DNA of 40,518 bases from Paraglomus brasilianum (GCA_910592345.1 CAJVPI010000236.1:1-40518); one strand, 5' to 3'. Positions 1-13,251 are shown, counted from the stretch's first letter. The notes: generated by a model not told the origin, from the letters alone. Numbers and translations: made by a program.

Positions 1-564
1 CATTGACTAATGATGACTCTTATTTTGAAGCCAGAGACGAGTTAAACTTTAAGTTAGTACGGCATATATACTTTATTTGTAACATAACCGTCCGCTTGCC
101 AATTCTGTATTTATTCGATCCAATTTGGGAAGCTGGTACAAAACACACCGTGTCTTCGTTTGGAGATCCGTGACTGATTAGATCAAGGGACAATCTTTAT
201 TTTATGATTGTGATACAGGATTTGGGTTAGTACAACACAACAAACCCTGAATGTGTCGTCCGTATAGCCATAGGTAGGATACATGGGAGTGCAATCTACC
301 CCTAGTACTAGTAAATCATCACACGGAAATGAATTATGGGATGTTGATGTGTATAAGCAAGCATGTGGATATGGCTATGTGTGTGTGTCTCAAAACCGTG
401 ATAAGCGAGAGATGACACATGGATTGCGCGTGGTTGATTATTTTGTATGAATCGTCTTACTTTGTTTGGTAATAAAATAAAATTAACTTTATCCGCGAAC
501 AATAATAATAAGCACTTCCCATAACAAACCCTTGCCAATTTAAACAATTATAGTTACTTTTTTT

Positions 565-3101
565 TTATAAATCAAGTGACTTTAAATTGACCTCCATACT
601 ATTATTATTATCAACAACTTTTTCATTACTTTTCTCAATACTCTCTCGCCATTCTCGCCCTTTATGATACGCAATTAGCAAAAGAAAAACTCCGATGACG
701 TTGAGAAAGGCTAATGCTGTAAATAACCATCCATTCCCAATTGCATTTTTTATTGGAGCAGCAATGATAGACATTAGAGAAGCAGCAATATACCGGAGAC
801 AAATATTTACTGACATAACCGATGCTGAAAATCCAGGGAATGCATCAATGAGATAAGCTGCCATACTGGTAAAAGTTAGAAGAACCCCCATCCCGCCTAA
901 AGGAAATGATTTAGTATTAGTGTTGAGGAAAGAGTGTTGAGGAAAGGAAATGTTTTCTGATTAGCGGCATATCAATATATTCTCTACCACTACCACACCA
1001 CTACCACTACCACTACCACTACCACTACTCAATTTCGCATATACATACCGAAAAACATGGCAATCAAAGGCCATACAATAAACACCTCTTTTTCTACACA
1101 CCAGCCATAAGCAAGAAACGATATGGGTAAAATGATGGATCCTAGCCATGCACTTTTCAATCTCATCTCTGCATACTGCTCTCCTTTGTTCTTTTTTTTC
1201 TCCCTTGCAAGCATTATATCCGTATACCTCCCTCCAAATACACTTCCTACCATATGCCCTGCCCCACTAGATAAAAATAGAAGCCCAGTCGTGGAGGGTG
1301 AGAGAGCATAATGGCTGTCTTGAAATGTGACCGCTACAAGTGTGTATTGTGTGAATAACATTGCAAACATTGCGGAAATAAATACTACTAAAAACGCGAC
1401 ATTTGGATAACGGAGGAGAAGGAGAGGTGACAGAATGAGGAGCAAAAACGATAGGAGATTGAGATCTTCTTTAGGTTGAGGCAGGGGTGTTGGATTTAAG
1501 GAAGAAAGTTTAGAACTAGGAGACGTTGGAGATGAGGAAACGAGGGTAGCAGGAGATGTCGGAGATGAAGGAAATAGCGTGTTGTTCGGAGAGACTGGAG
1601 ATGTAGCAAAAAGAGTAGCACTAGGAGAGACCGGAGATGGGGAGATAATAGAAATGCCAGTGTCAATGCGAATTTGACTTTTGTTTCTTTTTGACTCATT
1701 TAAGCCGTCTTCATCTTGCTTTTCTAGTTCATCCTGCACTACATCGTCACATCTCACTGTCACATTTTCAGCATCGTTTTCTTTGCCACCCATCATGCCT
1801 TTCTTTTCAGTCTCGGTCTTTTGCCGTCTGCTCGGCTTCACAGGCTCTCTGAAGGTTTCTGGTAACATGAACATTAGAACCAATAGAATTACTCCAATAA
1901 TCGCAAGTAACCAGAAATTCCACCTAATTGAAAAAAGTAAGCACCGTGTATTAAAATGTTATATAGAAAATGCATACATTTATTACTTTGTTCTTTTACC
2001 TCCATCCAAGGAATTTGTCGACATATCCACTGCAATCAGGAAACAATTAGCATGCGTTTGAATGGGTGGCTAGATCTTAATAATGATCATAATTACCCAA
2101 TGACAGGTCCAATTAATGGACCTATATGAATCGCAGTTGTAAAAGATATCCAAAAACCGTTTAGAATCTGTAATATCAAACCAAATTTGATCGAGAATAA
2201 TATATAGCATACCTAATAGTGTTCCCAAGAAGGTAATGCCATATGCAGTTCCACGGTCTATTAAAGAAAATCACATCAGCGAATAGACCATGTCGTTAAA
2301 CTACGCGTTCTAAATTTATACCTTCAACTCTGTATATGTCACTTAGCGTTCCGGCTCCAACGCTCTGCACTGCCGATGACCCACATGCTTGCAATACTCT
2401 CATAATGATCAACAGCCAGATGTTTGGTGATAGAGCACAGACTATCGATGCAAGAACAAATATTGTAGATGACAAGAGATAAACATTGCGTCTTGTTCCA
2501 CGTTTGTCCGAATATGCAGCCCAACCGAGCGGCTACAAGGAAATAAATATAAAGTCGTAGCAAGTAAGATGTATGATAACAATATGATAACAGTGACAGC
2601 ACTTTTGAATTGTTGCATTTTTGACTTACACATATTCCTATAGCAAGGACAAATACTCCTACTGCAAAATGTTGATTTGTGAGTGACATGCATCAGATAT
2701 TCTGTGTCTCGATGGAATTTTGAGTCATATTTACTTATTGAGTTTGCAGCCACCTCTGTCGTGTTGTATGACTTTTGTATGACTGGTAGTACGGGAAAAA
2801 ACATCCTAAACGCATTAGATCATGTATTATTAGTAAAGATCAAAGATACTATCGTCAACGCATATATATATATGCACATATATGCACAGAGATTCTTGAT
2901 TTTATAAGACGATCTGTAAATGTGCGTGCGCCAAATATAATGAACTATTCAGACATACGTGCTTGAAAACGGAGCCGCTACTCCGGCAACCGCTATTACC
3001 CCAAGGATAAAAAATTTCTTTCTTCTTGGCCATTTTTTGGGATCATCTTGAATAACATCAGGCTCCTCAATTGTGTCGATGCGTGATTCAATGTCTACCA
3101 T
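565..3101 (-). CDS. Major facilitator superfamily transporter, DHA1 (drug:H+ antiporter 1) type, 9 exons, ~587 aa
   Basis: Exons 3101-2959, 2805-2735, 2661-2630, 2532-2322, 2257-2213, 2121-2097, 2029-2000, 1923-1049 and 896-565 are joined by GT-AG introns and total 1764 nt in frame. The protein has the N-terminal DDPKKWPRRKK motif, motif A (YSDKRGTRR), motif B (MRVLQACG), the antiporter motif (GPLIGPVIGG), GWRWNFW, LPET and many hydrophobic helices. Confidence 0.92.
984..1029. repeat. (CCACTA)n hexanucleotide microsatellite in the last MFS intron
   Basis: Directly visible tandem ccacta/ctacca units. Confidence 0.85.
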
Positions 3102-4929
3102 TACAGGATATAATAAATAGTAAGAAAAAAAAATTTTTTTTTTAAGTGGGAAAGAACATCCAGATCGAATCTGATTTATACTTATTGTTGTGACCGCTTT
3201 TTTGAGACAAAGTTTACACGAATGTTGATATAATAATCTTTACGTCTGACAAGCTCGTTTGGTTTCACCTTCGGGTCTGAACACAATTGGCAAACTGTAA
3301 CACTGTGGAAGATAATAATAAGGTGACACAGTTATTTTGGAGATCTGATCAAAGCAAACATGTCACGCAAAATGATTACGACACAGGCAAATGTGCGAAA
3401 TAAGCTGTCTAAGTCTTTCGTCCTGCTGTAGCAAGGCACGCTGATATCAAGGCCTAAATCAGATCCAACTTATAATATAGCATAAGCGACGAAGTCATAC
3501 CCACAAGGAAAGCAAGGGCCAATACATCAGACAATGCTGAAAGTTCATCCGGCGCACTTGGAATTAGTTCTGCATTCTGAGGCATTAATAGTCGTAAAAC
3601 GGATCACACCCAATATCTGGGAATCTCCAATCAAGGTGTTTGTACTTCAACGTCTACGGCCATCTTCAATGAGCGCGTTCAATGATTTTACTCCGATAAC
3701 TGTTTGCAAGACGTGTCGCCATTCAGCTTAACTCAATCGGGTCTACAATTCTAGACCTGTAAAGCCAATTTTTTGAATGGGGAATATCAATTAAGTTTCT
3801 TTCATTATCCTTTTCACAACACAACAATGGCAAAAAAAACTAAGGCTAAATAAAAAGCACACGTACGGGACACGCAATTTGGTCTTGTCTAGCCTTGACA
3901 TGACCATTTCCCATACTTTTTCGGAAGTCAAAATAAGCGACATATTGTATGTATTAGAGGACAGTGTGTGCTTGATGGTAATAAGAGACAAACGTTTTAG
4001 ATGTACTTACCTGATGACAGCTGATGTCCACGCCTATATTCTCATTTTGATCCGTTCCCGAGCTATCATCAACTAATCCTATCAACTCTCTACGCCCTTC
4101 TCTTCATTGTTACCATCATTCTTCCTTCTTAGCGCGCCGATTCATCCGTTCCCTCCGTTTATGTCTTTTATTCAAATACTAGCACAAAACATTGCAACTA
4201 AATAAATTATACTTCAGATGTATAAGTATTCCTTTGCCTCAATTTCGTCAAGTGTCCGCAACTTATTCAGCGATGTCTTCTTTTGCTGATACTAGATACT
4301 CTGAAGAAATTCGTCACGTCAGCGTGTTTCCTTTTAAGTCTACTTTGCGTTTGACAACCTCCCTGCACGAGTACATTGCGGCTTTCCCCGGTGACGACTG
4401 GTAATGTTACAAGGCAAGCCATGCGAGGTATCTCGCTGACATAGCGACCGTAAGTTCGCATAAGATCATTCTGATGCTAGAACAGTCATAAGGAATGGCT
4501 CAATATTAACACGATGCGTATTTCCGTCGTGCTTGTGGTCTGCACATCTAGGATCAACCACCTTTGGTTCGGAAAGACGTTGTAATTGTGACGTTTTCTT
4601 CGTCGTTAGAGAATGCGCGTCTTTGCTTTCGACATGTGATTCTATCGTTGGTTGTGTAACGACACGTCTTTTCTAAATTCCGTACGATGGATGGTCGGAG
4701 TACATAGTATTTATATTATTACTATTATATAATTTCTCTTTTTGTACATTTGACACTTTACTGCTTACTATATATTTGCATGGGATTGTTATTTTTTTTA
4801 TACAGCACACAGTTGAAATAGAAGCATAGTGTATCTTGTGAACAATACTGGCTAGTATATGTATATCACATGGTAATGGGACAAATCCCTCAATATCAAA
4901 TGAATACTTTACATTTTTCAACTATAGGC

Positions 4930-6400
4930 AGACTTTATTTATTTGAATTGCTTCACAGTCATGAAATGTGACTATGTTAGTGAAACCCATCTTTTATGGA
5001 AAAAAAAAAAATCCTGGATCCACTTTTTGGGTGGGTTATATGAGAAAATATTGGCCTGTAGCAGTTCATCAGCTAATTGTTCATGATTATTTTATGTGTC
5101 CTTTATTGAGCACAGCTAAGCTGTTTGCTCATTATTAATGAGCTCAATGAATGCTTCAAACTGATTTTTTCATACTGATTTTTTCATTTTTCACCAACTC
5201 TTGGATGGATGATAACTTGCCAATGACATGATTTCTTTCACCCTTCATCAATTGAGTGAGCCTAGTGAAAGTTGTGACTGATGATACTGGGCACAATTTT
5301 ATGAACCTCTAATACTAAAAGCAAAAATATGGAGCATGATGAGAATGTTCACACAACAGTCATGCAAAATAGCATTATTATAATTGTCTAGATAGTAAAT
5401 ATAAATGCTTTCTTACCTTCAAATGTCTTCCCTTATTACCATATCTCTTGAGATCACAAAACTGGCCACCTAAGAGTTGAATATGAATGAGTTGATTGGC
5501 ACTCAATGCCAAGTTTGCTGTGGAGGTCAGCAAATGATTGTTCTAGAGTGGAGCAAAGAACCCATCAGCATCTATATCAGTAAGGAACAAGATACAAACA
5601 AATTATATCATATTACTCACTATCACATAATATCATGTATGGCAATTTCCTCACTACTGACAAACACAACAACACAACTGCACTCATCAGCAATGTCCTG
5701 CAGATCCTCCAAGTACACCTTTAGCATTCAATCATAGGTGTAAACAAATAAAGAACACAAAACTCCTGCAGATCCTCCAGCATTAATTTTCAGGCCCAGC
5801 TTATCTATGTTGTCGAGGCATGCCATTATTTGTCTTGTATTTTCTAGCTCCTCTGTCAAAGACATCCAAGACATGAAAAATCTGGACTGCTCAGTTATAA
5901 TAATAAAACAAAGAAGTGAGTGCAGAGAGCAAACACCAGTACTTTTTCTTTACAACTTGCCTTTGCCTAGAAACAATGATTCAGTAAAAAGATACATCTC
6001 AAATGAATTTTGCAAGATTATCAATAAAGCAATCCAATACAAGGGGACATCAACATAAATGACTCCTTTTCCAACACTGCTGGATCACTGTAGTCTTCCC
6101 AGTTCCGTGGTTCCCAACAACGATGTGATAAGAGCTATGGTCAGGGCTCAACTCGAGAATTTGTTTCAGTTTCTTGATAATAACCTCACGGTAAATCAGC
6201 CGTTCCCGCCGCATAACATTAGATTCTAGACAGGAACCGCGTTCAAAGGCATGAAGAAGAATTCTCTCATTCCGGCGGTTGTACCAGTTGGCGAAACTGA
6301 GGTCGAATAATATTAGGCCAGCGCTGGTAACAATCCCAATACCGATCCATTTTGAAATCTTCAGCATTGTCAAGGTGTAAGTCAGAAAACACCATCTGTG
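4930..6400 (-). pseudogene. Decayed P-loop NTPase/ATPase gene with N-terminal hydrophobic segment
   Basis: Walker A (HIVVGNHGTGKTT) lies in ORF 6373-6050. A frameshift follows into VGKGVIYVDVP, then fragments DNIDKL, LEDLQDIA, VVVFVSSE, GGQFCDLK and ADELLQANIFSYNP in different frames, separated by stops, indels and intron relics. The 5' boundary is uncertain and may extend to about 6600. Confidence 0.72.
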
Positions 6401-8052
6401 GGCCGAAAAAGAACATATTGATCACAGGAACAAAAAGGTACAATACCAACCTTCTTTACGCCCTCTTTTATGTTCTCTTTACATTTCTTGTTCCGGCATC
6501 CTTGGCATATGAGTAAGTATTGTTTTGGCGAGCCTGCATTTCACAACAGTCACGTATACTTGTGTGAGGGCCGAAAAATATGGGAATAAACTCTTGAGCC
6601 CTCCTGAGAAGCGTGGTCGTCCACGGTATTCTTGACGAGAAATAAAAAAAGTGCGCGTATTGCGTGATACAAGGCTCAGCTTGAAATATACACGAGTTCA
6701 CAACGTCGATCTGTGAAGCTTAACGCACCAACAAATTTACTATAGAGAATAAAGAGCATAAATATTTAACCTGTGCACTGTCATCTAAGAGTCAAATACC
6801 AATAAATGTCAAGGCTATTAAATTATCCGTAATTGCCGCAAACGGTATTTTCGTGAAATGTGGATATCTGTTTTCCGGTTTTTAATTTACGAATGGTGAC
6901 AGAGCACCTTTTTACTTTAGCTATGAGTGTTTGTTTTTCATTCCGCAGTGTAAGGTAATGTGTTTTTATTTTTATAGATCAGTGCACCTAGTAAAATCAT
7001 AATAAATTCTGCTAGCCATAACAATTTATTGTCCTGCACTATAATTATCAAGTAAGCCTATTATATTACTGTTGTTGCATCTTTTAAGGATACTGTGAAA
7101 CTTTGTTTATTAATTACAAATTAAAGATGAGAAACGAAGGTTTGGGTTTGTGCGATGTTTTACTAACTTTATATTCGGAGACATTTGACATTTATAATTC
7201 TTCTACCAATTATACATATTTTGTTAAAATACCCAAGAGTATGTACCTTATACTTGGTATCATTCCGACACCAGACAGTAAACAATGAAAACGTCGTATG
7301 GTTGAAAACATAACAATAGAGTGAATATTTACAACAAGCAATTAACATATTACCGCACCGGTAGATAACGTTATACCCCTTCTTTTTATGATTGTACGAC
7401 GTTATATAAAAAAAAGATGCATACCGAAACCGTAGCTGCCCGTATGATTCACGTTGGGTGAATTGATTAAGTGGACAGGATAATAGTAACAGTGTGGTTG
7501 ATGCCATGATGTATGGGAATAGCAGTAGAATAAGGTGGGCAAACGCAGTACTTGAGCGGTTATCAAAGTATTCTATCTGTGATGCCTGCTGATATTAATA
7601 TCGTTGTTGTGAATATTAATATATACCCTGTTATAAGATGACGTATAGCATATTAATTACATCAGTTGCGTAAGCAATAATAATAAGAGTTACGCCGTTA
7701 TTACCTAATCGATAATTGTGATGATGGTGCACAATGTGCATTTATCAAATTAAATACATTGGCAGAATATAAACAAATCAATAACTTAGACCTATTAAAA
7801 TACTAGCAATATTCACGGCATGATCTTACCCAATCATCAAACAACCATCAATATTTATAGTTATCGGGTATTAGCAAACCTCTCAACCTATATATAGTCT
7901 ACGTCTTTTTTTTATTATTATCATACCTTCACATATTTATGATACTTCACAAGCCCATTTCTTCGTCTTAATCTTGCTTCTCCCCTCCCCTTTTCTTCTC
8001 TTCGTCTCATCCCATCCATATCTTTAATATCTTACACATTTCACCTAAATCA

Positions 8053-9254
8053 ATGAATTCGAAACCCGCGAAAGAAAAAACCGTAGACGACAAAGCTGAA
8101 GAATCAGGATCTGAGAAGGCTAAGGAGGCAGTGGCCGAAACGGCAAAATCATCTACGGATGAAAAGATTATCCTGAATGTAGGCGGTATTAAGGTAAGCA
8201 GGGGTATGGAAGGTGTGTATACATAGGTATAGACAGACGAACATGGCCGAGCTCCCCAAGATCAATTTGCGATTGAGGATGAGCAAGTGCATAATCAATT
8301 AATGGCATATGCTCGATATATCAGACAACAATCATCGGTGTTGCGAGACTGAGCAGACCCCAAAGGGAATTATGGCATTACCACTGATTCTATGACACCA
8401 CACCATTGATGGCGTATCTGACTTGTCTCTCGCATCTTTTACCCCTCTAGTTTGAAACCTACCGCGAAACCCTCACAGCATACCCAGACACGTTGCTAGG
8501 AACAATGTTCCATCCGCGCAACCAAGAACTTCTTCGACCAGTTGATGGCACTACCAATGAATACTTTTTCGACAGAGATGGAAATGCTTTTTACTACGTT
8601 ATGGAATTCTACCGAACCGGAACTATCTCTTGGCATCCACCACACGATCCGCCAGCAACACCAAAGTATTCACAATTTCCCATCCCTAAAACTCCCGCCT
8701 CACCCACGACAGGTACTAGCATAGTAGCCTGTACAGATGGACAATGTCCACCATTCATAACATCCTTGGCACAGATAGAAAATGAATTCCTATTCTTCCA
8801 AATACGCCAACCGTACACCAAGGGCGATTTATCCTATAAGGCCGGAGGGGAGTTGCTTGATGACTTTGCTTATGCAATCGAAGAGCTTATCTGCTGCGCC
8901 ATCGCTAAAATAGTAGATCGTATCGCTGTCACTTTTTATCGTGATGGTACGCCAATGGAATGTCCTATCTCAACTCCTGGCAACAAGTTGAAAGATTTCT
9001 CCGTCAACGGATACTGTATTATCAACCATTTTTATGAAGACATAAAAGGATATTTGGAAAGTGTATACCCTCAGATCCAATTCAAATTGGATTTCGGTAC
9101 CAATTATAAAAATGTCACTATCTCTATGAGTTATCTCTTTAAAAGAAACACGATTAGAATGCATAGCAAGGTTGGAAGAGTCAATTTGACCGAGAATAAC
9201 GATATCAGGAATAGCAAACAAAGGCAAAGTGAAATGAGTGGTAATAGAGTTTGA
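8053..9254 (+). CDS. BTB/POZ protein of the KCTD / K+ channel T1 tetramerisation (BTB_2) type, 2 exons, 314 aa
   Basis: Exon 1 8053-8193 (MNSKPAKE...IILNVGGIK), intron 8194-8450 (gtaagc...ctctag), exon 2 8451-9254. The spliced sequence gives the T1-BTB signature ILNVGGIKFETYRETLTAYPDTLLGTMF...EYFFDRDGNAFYYVMEFYRTG. Confidence 0.92.
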
Positions 9255-9289
9255 AAAAACAAACCGAAAAAAAAAAAGAGAAAAGAAGA

Positions 9290-9377
9290 AGCAACAATGA
9301 CAACAACAATAATAATAACAAGAAGAAGAAGAAGAAGAAGAAGAAGATGATGATGATGATGATGATGATGGTGATGG
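9290..9377. repeat. Compound trinucleotide microsatellite (ACA/ATA, AGA, GAT) downstream of the KCTD-like gene
   Basis: Visible runs of aga and gat units. Confidence 0.9.
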
Positions 9378-10798
9378 GTATTCATTGATTGTGAGGGGGA
9401 GAGATTCAATCGCCCTAGGCCTTTTTAGCTCACCTCTTTAACCATAATTGTACAATTACGTTTTATTTTTGATATACGTACCAATAGATCCCATATAATA
9501 CTATTCAGTCTTTACCGCTCTTTTTTTGTTAAAATAAACAATTGTCTTAATAACTGAGAAGAAAAAAGTAATAAATTTGAAAATTGGGCTTGTAAATTAC
9601 GTAACGTATGCTCACATGATTTGCACATATAAAGAGGATGCGCGAAATATTATGTAAGTATTACATGTGCCCCGAGACTTGCTTTTACACTTATTTGTCA
9701 TCTTTCTTTCCGAACGTATTCAAAGAATAATACGAACACGCGTCAGACAAAGACGCAATAATGCAATGCGATTATTCTGATTATTGATTTCGACTTAGTC
9801 AAATGACGATCTTTCGTCCCCGTATTCTGGTCCTTGTACTGCAAATTCAACCGTACAAACAAAGAAAAAAAGCCCACAAGCAGAATCAAATAAGAGAACT
9901 TATGAGGGGGGAGATTTGAGTCGATTCTGATTAATTCATGGGATCCTAGCGAAACTTCGGCCTTTACCAGACACAAACACGGTAAAATGCTCACGGAAAG
10001 AGTCCTCGTTGCAAAGCAGGAAGTAGAAAGATGATGCAACAATAACAACAACAACAACAGCAGCAGCAACGAATAAATTTGATTGTGCCAATGATTCGCT
10101 GCTGCAAGCTGCGAAAGACATTCTTACTTTTTTTTGTGCTAGAAACATAGTAGAGGTGATGGTAAACGAGGAGCAGTTTGATGAGATAATGCCGCATCCA
10201 TTAGTAGCAAGTTTGGGAATCGAAAGAATGTACAATTTATGGGGTTGTCGAACAGAATTATTAACGGGAGTAGATTTAAGACTGGATACTACGCGTTGTG
10301 TGCACAAAGAATTTAAAACGTATTATGAATTGGTGAGGTCTATTGTTGCTAGTATTGTTGGGATTGAGGAGGATAGAGTCTAATTAAATGGTATGCATAT
10401 TATACCGCCTTTGGCAGACATAATTGAAATTTTATCTTCCTGTGTTATATATTAATATTAATACTGAATAATTAATTTCAAACTCAGCTTTCAATAGAAT
10501 CTTTTTTAAATTGGTTTTGTATCTACTTACATTATAATTTGAATGCATAAATTATTGGCTCTTCACAGTCCTATGTTGATATTTAGACAATATTTGTATG
10601 CATAAATGTAAGTTTTACACAAACTTATTGCTTTTCTACTATCAACTATGTTTCTCTGAGTAAAGTATGAATAAATCACTGATATTTAATATTTTAATGT
10701 CAATACTGCAGGTACAAATTGTTCAAATACAGAGAATATAAGTTATTCATCTATCAAGTATGCACACACATACACATGAGTCAATCTTATATAATCAA

Positions 10799-12349
10799 TT
10801 AACCTTCTCTGACAATCACTTGAAAGACTTCAATCTCATCTATATCACAAACACAATCATCTAATAATCTCTGGCTATATGCTCCATGCTTGTAAACATA
10901 TTGATGACCTGTTGAAGAAATATAAACCTCCAAATCACCTCCAAAACTAAAATGACAATTTTCCTCATTGTCAACTTGATTATATATAGCACGACTAGAA
11001 TTCTTCACTGAACTCAAAACTGTTTGATAAGTTAATAATGGAACCCCATCTACTGTTTTCAGAACCAGGCTCCTCATTAGAAATATAAAACTATCCTTGG
11101 TCTCAAACCATTTGCTTGATTTTTGCCAGCCAAATGGATTATAACCACCCAATATCCTACCTGTACCATTGGTTGCTACTACAAATACTGTTGCTCCCTT
11201 ATTGACACATTTCTCTGAAAAAATGGATTTGTCCAACCCATCTATGGTTCCACAAAAAATCCGTTTAAAAAGGTATGATTTCTTGGTTGGACTTTCACTT
11301 GCTTGAATCCATGCTTCAATGGACTTACAGTGTTTCCGCAAAAGTAAATTAGATTCAAATGGAACATACTGTTGTGGGACTGGTATCTTAGAGCTCCCTG
11401 GATCAAAATAGTGCTCTAGAAGATCTTCATAGTAATTCTCTCGGAAGATACATCTATATGGATGGATTTCTTTATGAAAATCACGTGATGATATTCGAAA
11501 ATACTTGATAAGTGGCCAAAGATCTTTAAGCCTGTCTTTAAGAGCATCTCTTTCAGAAGATTGGTAATCCTTAATGTCTTCTGGGAGTACTGGATCTTGA
11601 GCAATAGCCCACTTAATAGTTTTTTGCCAGATTACAATCTCTGGAAGGTTAAGGTCAGGTCGTTTCAGAATATCAATTAGATTTTCTTTGTCCAATGAAG
11701 TAAAATCTGAAGAATCAAAAACAGATTCGGGCTTTTCTTCAAATATTGCATTAACCAAGTTGTTGAGTACTTGTAGTCGTGGATGTTTTTCACAAAATGA
11801 TTTGATTGTTACTGCTTTGGTTTCCATTGCCTTTATAAATTTTGCATGTATCAAATCTTGTACAATTTCACTTGGTTTTTGTAATTCTAGAAGATCAATT
11901 GCAGATATGAGTTGCAAATACTCATCCATAGACTCGGACAGTGTATCCAATTGTAATATTCCTGTGTATAAATACCTAAAACGCAATGCGATTAGCAGGT
12001 CAATATTAAGAAGAAGAAAAAGAATTATAATATAAGCTACTAATACTAACTTGAGAATAATGGTAAAGACTGAAGGCGACATTTCCTTGAAGATAGTTCC
12101 AGATTCACCTTCAGAATATAAAGCCAAACCATCTTCTGGAGGAAATTCTTTTTTTCCCAGAAAATGTTTGTAAAAGTAAGGTGATCGAACGCAGAGGATG
12201 CATTTGTGAGCTTTAAATTCTTGTCTTATCGGTCCTTCACCAACTGTTATGGTAACATCATATGCAAGTTGTTTTTCGTACAGTTCTTTTAAACTGGACA
12301 ATATCATAGACTCCAAATTGAAGACAACAGGTATTTCTTCAGAATTCAT
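10799..12349 (-). CDS. BTB-BACK-TLDc protein #1 (subfamily A), 2 exons, ~491 aa
   Basis: ATG at 12349 (MNSEEIP), exon 1 to 12051, intron 12050-11976 (gttagt...gctaat...ttttag), exon 2 11975-10799. BTB: YDVTITVG...FKAHKCILCVRSPYF. BACK: FDSSDF...EIVIW...WA. TLDc: GATV...ILGGYNP...SFIF...EIEVF. Confidence 0.9.
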   Translation of the reverse strand: MNSEEIPVVFNLESMILSSLKELYEKQLAYDVTITVGEGPIRQEFKAHKCILCVRSPYFYKHFLGKKEFPPEDGLALYSEGESGTIFKEMSPSVFTIILKLVLVAYIIILFLLLNIDLLIALRFRYLYTGILQLDTLSESMDEYLQLISAIDLLELQKPSEIVQDLIHAKFIKAMETKAVTIKSFCEKHPRLQVLNNLVNAIFEEKPESVFDSSDFTSLDKENLIDILKRPDLNLPEIVIWQKTIKWAIAQDPVLPEDIKDYQSSERDALKDRLKDLWPLIKYFRISSRDFHKEIHPYRCIFRENYYEDLLEHYFDPGSSKIPVPQQYVPFESNLLLRKHCKSIEAWIQASESPTKKSYLFKRIFCGTIDGLDKSIFSEKCVNKGATVFVVATNGTGRILGGYNPFGWQKSSKWFETKDSFIFLMRSLVLKTVDGVPLLTYQTVLSSVKNSSRAIYNQVDNEENCHFSFGGDLEVYISSTGHQYVYKHGAYSQRLLDDCVCDIDEIEVFQVIVREG

Positions 12350-13251
12350 GGTAAGTGGTTGGTATGCTGAATCGGTAAGAGTCAAGAGGTAAACGAAAGA
12401 TTCTGCGGCCCTACAGATCCACACCATATATAGTAAAATTAAATAGAATGTATACGTAACCTAATCACATGAGCTTTTGTGTGACAAAGCAGGTAGATAC
12501 TAGTAGAACCGCCATGCTTGTTAAATCAGAATGAGATATTTACTAAATGGAATGTTTTATTAATTCTGTTCCATAATAAAGCCGTCACTTATTTTCTGTA
12601 TATGAAGATACATTCTGAATAGACCGTAAACCACTGGATGGCGATTCACACGCACGCTTTCTATGGTCTCAAGTCATTGATCCTCCAACTAATCAGGTCT
12701 TTGAGCGATAGCATTTCTTCTGCTATATTATAGTGCTAGCAGCTTATGACAGAGACAAATTATACATACAGCAATTCAAAAATTATAAACGGGCATAGTT
12801 CGCTTTATCTGAATATGAATTAGGATAACAGACAATTGTATTCCGTATTTGACTATTTGTTTTAACACTATCTTCATATTACAAATTACAGTACGTTATG
12901 TTACCGCTTTTCTATTATGCTATGCACGGGACCGTTCCTACTACATTTAAATAAGGAGTACATACAAAGACATCCCGACGAAGCTTCTGAAATGTTCAAG
13001 AAGAAGATATATTTAATGCCAGAAAACAAGCAGCGAGCGTATGTAAATGTTAGAATACGTCAGTGAATTTCCACAGCCTTCTTATCACAATTTATACAAC
13101 TGATTGAGAGATTTGCAAAAGGGAAGGGAAAAGGGAGAGATATAACTAAACGAAGTTCGGCGTTTAATTTGGAGAAGTTTTAATAGGATTACTGAAATCG
13201 TTATTAATTCGCTGCTGCAAGAATGTAGATTGCAAACTGAGTATCCTAGTA

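Noticed and set aside
1681..2061. Antisense ORFs overlapping real genes (also 11688-12035, 14451-14771, 24782-25177, 30026-30349, 40227-40451)
   Set aside because: Shadow frames of the genuine coding strands, with no motifs
3430..4620. Possible decayed multi-exon gene on the - strand (LIPSAPDELSALSDVLALAFLVG, splice-like gtaagt sites)
   Set aside because: All frames are broken and no family motif could be recognised; too weak to call
8194..8450. Possible intronic box C/D snoRNA in the KCTD-like gene
   Set aside because: CTGA boxes are present, but there is no canonical RTGATGA C box or terminal stem
9131..9409. ORF with poly-His and poly-Leu
   Set aside because: Antisense translation of the GAT/AGA microsatellite
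9743..10383. Several overlapping ORFs, including the protein-like 10156-10383 (+)
   Set aside because: No consistent spliced model. The poly-L and poly-C translations come from an AAC/CAG microsatellite. At most a degenerate relic.
12350..12427. Longer N-terminus of the 542-aa ORF (likewise 15886-16014 for #2)
   Set aside because: No similarity between the paralogs' extensions; the #1 extension overlaps a TATA-like element and the #2 extension contains the shared promoter motif, so the downstream ATGs are preferred
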